Source of the DNA: the human T2T-CHM13v2.0 reference genome, Homo sapiens
Length of the DNA stretch: 64,000 nucleotides
Strand: one strand, 5' to 3'
Assembly: GCF_009914755.1 (NCBI RefSeq)
Contig: NC_060939.1
The translations under genes and the position numbers were made by a program. How positions within the stretch are numbered: position 1 is the first letter of the stretch; every line of letters starts with the position of its first letter. Positions 58,320 to 64,000 of this stretch are shown here, piece after piece. Under the pieces are notes generated by a model. The model made no database searches. It was given only the letters and a program-made list of their open reading frames with translations, and was not told the DNA's origin.

Positions 58320-61300
58320 CCATTTCAAGCCATTCCATTCCATTCCATTCCACTCGTTTCCTTTCCATTCGAGTCCATTCCTCTCCAGTCCATTCCGTTC
58401 AATCCATTCCATTCCAGTCCATTCCATTCGAGTCCGTTCCATTCCAGTCCATTCCATTCGAGTCAATTACATTCCATTCGATGTCTTTCCATAACGATCC
58501 ATTCCATTCTATTCCTTTCGACTCCATTCCATTCTATTTCATTCCATTCGATTCCCTTCCATTGGACTCCTTTCCATTCGAGTGCATTCCATTCCGTTCC
58601 ATTTCTTTCCGTTCTGTACGATTCCTACCGTTCGATTTCATTTTGTTCCAGTCCATTCCTTTCGCGTCCATTCCATTCCATTTCACTCCATTCGATTCCA
58701 TTCCTCTCGATTCCACTTCGTTCCATTTCATTGCATTCCATTCTATTCAACTCTATTGCCTTCCATTCCATTCCATTCGATTACATTCCATGCGATTCCA
58801 TTCGAAATCGAATCAATTACATTGCAATCCATTACAATTGCGTCCGTTTTATTCCAGTCCACTGCATTCTGGTCCATTCCATTTGATTCCATTCCATTCT
58901 ATTCCATTCCATACAGTTGCATTCCTTTGGATTCCATGCTATATCTATAAATTCAATTCGAGACCATTGCTTTTGAGTCCATTCTATATGATTCCATTCC
59001 ATTCAAGTCCATTGCATTTGGTTCAATTCCATTCCATTCCATTCCCTTCCATTCCATTCCAGTTGATATCAATCCATTCGATTCCATTCCATTCGAGCAC
59101 ATTCCATTCGAGTCCATTCCATTCGATGCCATTCCATTTGATTCTATTCCATTAGTCTCCATTCAATTCCATTAATCTCCATTCCATTCCATTCTACTCC
59201 AACTGATTCCATTCCATTCTATTCCTTTCCATTCCATTTCATTCCATTCCATTCCATTTCATTCCATTCCATTCCATTCGCTTCCATTCCATTCGTGTCC
59301 ATTCCACTCCAGTCCATTCCATTCGTGTCCATTCCATTCCAGTCCATTCCATTTGTGTCCACTGCATTCCATTCCACTCCATTCCATATTATTCCATTAC
59401 ACTCCCTTCCATTCTATTACTTTCATTTCCATTCAATTCCATTCCATTTGATTCCATTCCACTCGGTTTCATTCCATTTGAGTCCACTCCATTCCATTCC
59501 ATTCCATTCCATTCAGTTCCATTCCATTCTGTTCCATTCCATTCCGTTCCATTGCATTCCATTCCATTCGGTACCATTCCATATTGTTCCATTTGATTCC
59601 ATTCGAATCCATTCTATTCCAGTCCATTCCATTCGATTCCATTCCATTCCTTTCAATTCCATTCCATTCCATTCCATTCCACTTGATTCCACTCCATTCC
59701 CTTCCACTGCATTCCATTCGATTCCATTCCATTGCATTGCATTCCATTCCATTGGACTGCATACCATTCGATTCCATTCCATTCGAATCAATTACATAGC
59801 AATCCATTACATTCGAGTCTATTCTATTCCGTTCCATTCGATTTCGTTCCAATCCATTCGATTCCATTCCGTTCGATTCCATTCCATACTATTGCATTCC
59901 ATTCGATTACATTATATTCGAATAAGTTCCATTCATGACCATTTCTTTTGAGTCCATTCGATTTGAGTCCATTCCCTTTGATTCCATAACATTTGAGTCC
60001 ATTCAATTCCATTCCTTTCGTTTCCATTCCATTTGATGCCATTCCATTCAATTCTGTTCTACTCGACTCCAATACATTCAATTCCATTCCATCCGATTCC
60101 ATTACATTCTTTTCATTTCTTATCCATTTCAAGTCATTCCACTCCATTCCATTCCACTCGTTTCCTTTCCATTCAAGTCCATTCCTCTCCAGTCCATTCC
60201 GTTCAATCCATTCCATTCCAGTCCATTCCATTCCAGTCCGTTCCATTCCAGACCATTCCATTCGAGTCAATTCCATTCCATTCGATGTCTTTCCATAACG
60301 ATCCATTCCATTCTATTCCTTTCGATTCCATTCCATTCTATTTCATTCCATTCGATTCCCTTCCATTGGACTCCTTTCCATTCGAGTGCATTCCATTCCG
60401 TTCCATTTCTTTCCGTTCTGTACGATTCCTACCGTTCGATTTCATTTTGTTCCAGTCCATTCCTTTCGCGTCCATTCCATTCCATTTCACTACATTCGAT
60501 TCCATTCCACTCGATTGCACTTCGTTCCATTTCATTGCATTCCATTCTATTCAACTCTATTGCCTTCCATTCCATTCCATTCGATTACATTCCATGCGAT
60601 TCCATTCAAATCGAATCAATTACATTGCAATCCATTACAATTGAATCCGTTTTATTCCAGTCCACTGCATTCTGGTCCATTCCATTTGATTCCATTCCAT
60701 TCTATTCCATTCCATACAGTTGCATTCCTTTGGATTCCATGCTATATATATAAATTCAATTCGAGACCATTGCTTTTGAGTCCATTCTATATGATTCCAT
60801 TCCATTCAAGTCCATTACATTTGGTTCAATTCCATTCCATTCCATTCCCTTCCATTCCATTCCAGTTGATATCAATCCATTCGATTCCATTCCATTCGAG
60901 CACATTCCATTCGAGTCCATTCCATTCGATGCCATTCCATTTGATTCTATTCCATTAGTCTCCATTCAATTCCATTAATCTCCATTCCATTCCATTCTAC
61001 TCCAACTGATTCCATTCCATTCTATTCCTTTCCATTCCATTTCATTCCATTCCATTCCATTCGCTTCCATTCCATTCGTGTCCATTCCACTCCAGTCCAT
61101 TCCATTCGTGTCCATTCTATTCCAGTCCATTCCATTTGTGTCCACTGCATTCCATTCCACTCCATTCCATATTATTCCATTACACTCCCTTCCATTCTAT
61201 TACTTTCATTTCCATTCAATTCCATTCCATTTGATTCCATTCCACTCGGTTTCATTCCATTTGAGTCCACTCCATTCCATTCCATTCCATTCCATTCAGT

Positions 61301-61720
61301 TCCATTCCATTCTGTTCCATTCCATTCCGTTCCATTGCATTCCATTCCATTCGGTACCATTCCATATTGTTCCATTCGATTCCATTCGAATCCATTCCAT
61401 TCCAGTCCATTCCATTCGATTCCATTCCATTCATTTCAATTCCATTCCATTCCATTCCATTCCATTCCACTTGATTCCTCTCCATTCCCTTCCACTGCAT
61501 TCCGTTCGATTCCATTCCATTGCATTGCATTCCATTCCATTGGATTGCATTCCATTCGATTCCATTCCATTCGAATCAATTACATAGCAATCCATTACAT
61601 TCGAGTCTATTCTCTTCCGTTCCATTCGATTTCGTTCCAATCCATTCGATTCCATTCCATTCGATTCCATTCCATACTATTGCATTCCATTCGATTACAT
61701 TATACTCGAATAAGTTCCAT
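58320..61720 (+). repeat. Diverged subfamily block, copy 2 (offset 26,916 bp, 15 units, from about 31400-34800)
   Basis: Same private variants and the same 1809/1783 unit lengths as U18/U19. Anchors 30570/57486, 32379/59295 and 34162/61078 all differ by 26,916. Confidence 0.92.
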
Positions 61721-64000
61721 TCAAGACCATTTCTTTTGAGTCCATTCTATTTGAGTCCATTCCCTTTGATTCCATAACATTTGAGTCCATTCAATTCCAT
61801 TCCTTTCGTTTCCATTCCATTTGATGCCATTCCATTCAATTCTGTTCTACTCGACTCCAATACATTCAATTCCATTCCATCCGATTCCATTACATTCTTT
61901 TCATTTCTTATCCATTTCAAGCCATTCCACTCCATTCCATTCCACTCGTTTCCTTTCCATTCGAGTCCATTCCTCTCCAGTCCATTCCGTTCAATCCATT
62001 CCATTCCAGTCCATTCCATTCGAGTCCGTTCCATTCCAGTCCATTCCATTCGAGTCAATTCCATCCCATTCGATGTCTTTCCATAACGATCCATTCCATT
62101 CTATTCCTTTCGATTCCATTCCATTCTATTTCATTCCATTCGATTCCCTTCCATTGGACTCCTTTCCATTCGAGTGCATTCCATTCCGTTCCATTTCTTT
62201 CCGTTCTGTACGATTCCTACCGTTCGATTTCATTTTGTTCCAGTCCATTCCTTTCGCGTCCATTCCATTCCATTTCACTCCATTCGATTCCATTCCACTC
62301 GATTCCACTTCGTTCCATTTCATTGCATTCCATTCTATTCAACTCTATTGCCTTCCATTCCATTCCATTCGATTACATTCCATGCGATTCCATTCGAAAT
62401 CGAATCAATTACATTGCAATCCATTACTATTGAGTCCGTTTTATTCCAGTCCACTGCATTCTGGTCCATTCCATTTGATTCCATTCCATTCTATTCCATT
62501 CCATACAGTTGCATTCCATTGGATTCCATGCTATATCTATAAATTCAATTCGAGACCGTTGCTTTTGAGTCCATTCTATATGATTCCATTCCATTCAAGT
62601 CCATTACATTTGGTTCAATTCCATTCCATTCCATTCCCTTCCATTCCATTCCATTTGATATCAATCCATTCGATTCCATTCCATTCGAGCACATTCCATT
62701 CCACTTCATTCCATTCGATGCCATTCCATTTGATTCTATTCCATTAGTCTCCATTCAATTCCATTAATCTCCATTCCATTCCATTCTACTCCAACTGATT
62801 CCATTCCATTCGATTCCTTTCCATTCCATTTCATTCCATTCCATTCCATTTCATTCCATTCCATTCCATTCGTGTCCATTCCACTCCAGTCCATTCCATT
62901 CGTGTCCTTTCCATTCCAGTCCATTCCATTTGTGTCCACTGCATTCCATTCCACTCCATTCCATATTATTCCATTACACTCCATTCCATTCTATTACTTT
63001 CATTTCCATTCAATTCCATTCCATTTGATTCCATTCCACTCGGTTTCATTCCATTTGAGTCCACTCCATTCCATTCCATTCCATTCCATTCAATTCCATT
63101 CCATTCTGTTCCATTCCATTCCGTTCCATTACATTCCATTCCATTCGGTACCATTCCATATTGTTCCATTCGATTCCATTCGAATCCATTCCATTCCAGT
63201 CCATTCCATTCGATTCCATTCCATTCATTTCAATTCCATTCCATTCCATTCCATTCCATTCCACTTGATTCCTCTCCATTCCCTTCCACTGCATTCCGTT
63301 CGATTCCATTCCATTGCATTGCATTCCATTCCATTGGATTGCATTCCATTCGATTCCATTCCATTCAAATCAATTACATAGCAATCCATTACATTCGAGT
63401 CTATTCTCTTCCGTTCCATTCGATTTCGTTCCAATCCATTCGATTCCATTCCATTCGATTCCATTCCATACTATTGCATTCCATTCGATTACATTATATT
63501 CGAATAAGTTCCATTCAAGACCATTTCTTTTGAGTCCATTCTATTTGAGTCCATTCCCTTTGATTCCATAACATTTGAGTCCATTCAATTCCATTCCTTT
63601 CGTTTCCATTCCATTTGATGCCATTCCATTCAATTCTGTTCTACTCGACTCCAATACATTCAATTCCATTCCATCCGATTCCATTACATTCTTTTCATTT
63701 CTTATCCATTTCAAGCCATTCCACTCCATTCCATTCCACTCGTTTCCTTTCCATTCGAGTCCATTCCTCTCCAGTCCATTCCGTTCAATCCATTCCATTC
63801 CAGTCCATTCCATTCGAGTCCGTTCCATTCCAGTCCATTCCATTCGAGTCAATTCCATTCCATTCGATGTCTTTCCATAACGATCCATTCCATTCTATTC
63901 CTTTCGATTCCATTCCATTCTATTTCATTCCATTCGATTCCCTTCCATTGGACTCCTTTCCATTCGAGTGCATTCCATTCCTTTCCATTTCTTTCCGTTC

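Larger units (their letters stand above)
1..64000 (+). repeat. Human Satellite III (HSat3) array, diverged (CATTC)n on the + strand; probably D15Z1/HSat3A5 of chr15p
   Basis: Continuous CATTC pentamers with typical SatIII variants (CATTCGATTC, GAGTC, CAGTC) from the first to the last base. The + strand is pyrimidine-rich throughout, with no unique sequence. The ~1.8-kb period with a single KpnI site fits the known D15Z1 description. The family call is firm; the chromosome assignment is inference. Confidence 0.97.

Noticed and set aside
19842-62872. A regular 18-unit (32.3-kb) super-repeat
   Set aside because: The 32,283-bp offset holds for only about three units and then shifts, so this is a patchwork of block duplications rather than a fixed higher period within the window.
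1-64000. CRISPR-like repeat/spacer array
   Set aside because: There are no unique spacers and no cas genes. The intervals between landmarks are themselves near-identical repeats.
1-64000. HSat2, DYZ1, alpha satellite/CENP-B box or telomeric identity
   Set aside because: It lacks the dominant CATTCGATTC/GATGAT pattern of HSat2. The base period is 1.8 kb rather than ~3.6 kb. I saw no 171-bp monomer, CENP-B box or TTAGGG tracts.
1-64000. Transposon insertion, inversion or embedded unique sequence
   Set aside because: All 35 anchor-to-anchor distances are 1774-1809 bp, leaving no room for an insert. The strand polarity never flips, and I saw no poly(A) tail or GGAAT run on the + strand.

Overview
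The whole 64 kb window is one uninterrupted, single-orientation satellite array built on a diverged (CATTC)n/(GAATG)n pentamer, i.e. human-type Satellite III (HSat3). The pentamers are organised into a 1,794-bp higher-order unit, present as about 35.7 head-to-tail copies (U1 at 183 to U36 at 62872, numbered by the recurring GTGTCCATTCCAC anchor). Every copy carries one KpnI site. A ~1.8-kb KpnI-defined SatIII unit matches the D15Z1 (HSat3A5) array of human chromosome 15p; this assignment comes from recall, not from a search. I see no genes, RNA genes, transposon insertions or inversions, and all listed ORFs are artefacts of the pentamer. The informative signal is the variant architecture. The unit looks like an ancient internal duplication (829-bp offset), and there are local monomer and dimer (3,568 and 3,597 bp) expansions plus a diverged subfamily. 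Most strikingly, 50.1-62.7 kb is a collinear patchwork of 12.5-41.2 kb whose offset drops by exactly three units at each of three switches (21, 18, 15, 12 units). I do not see evidence for a new coding system; the findings concern satellite evolution and possible transcription-factor platform function. All comparisons were made by eye.
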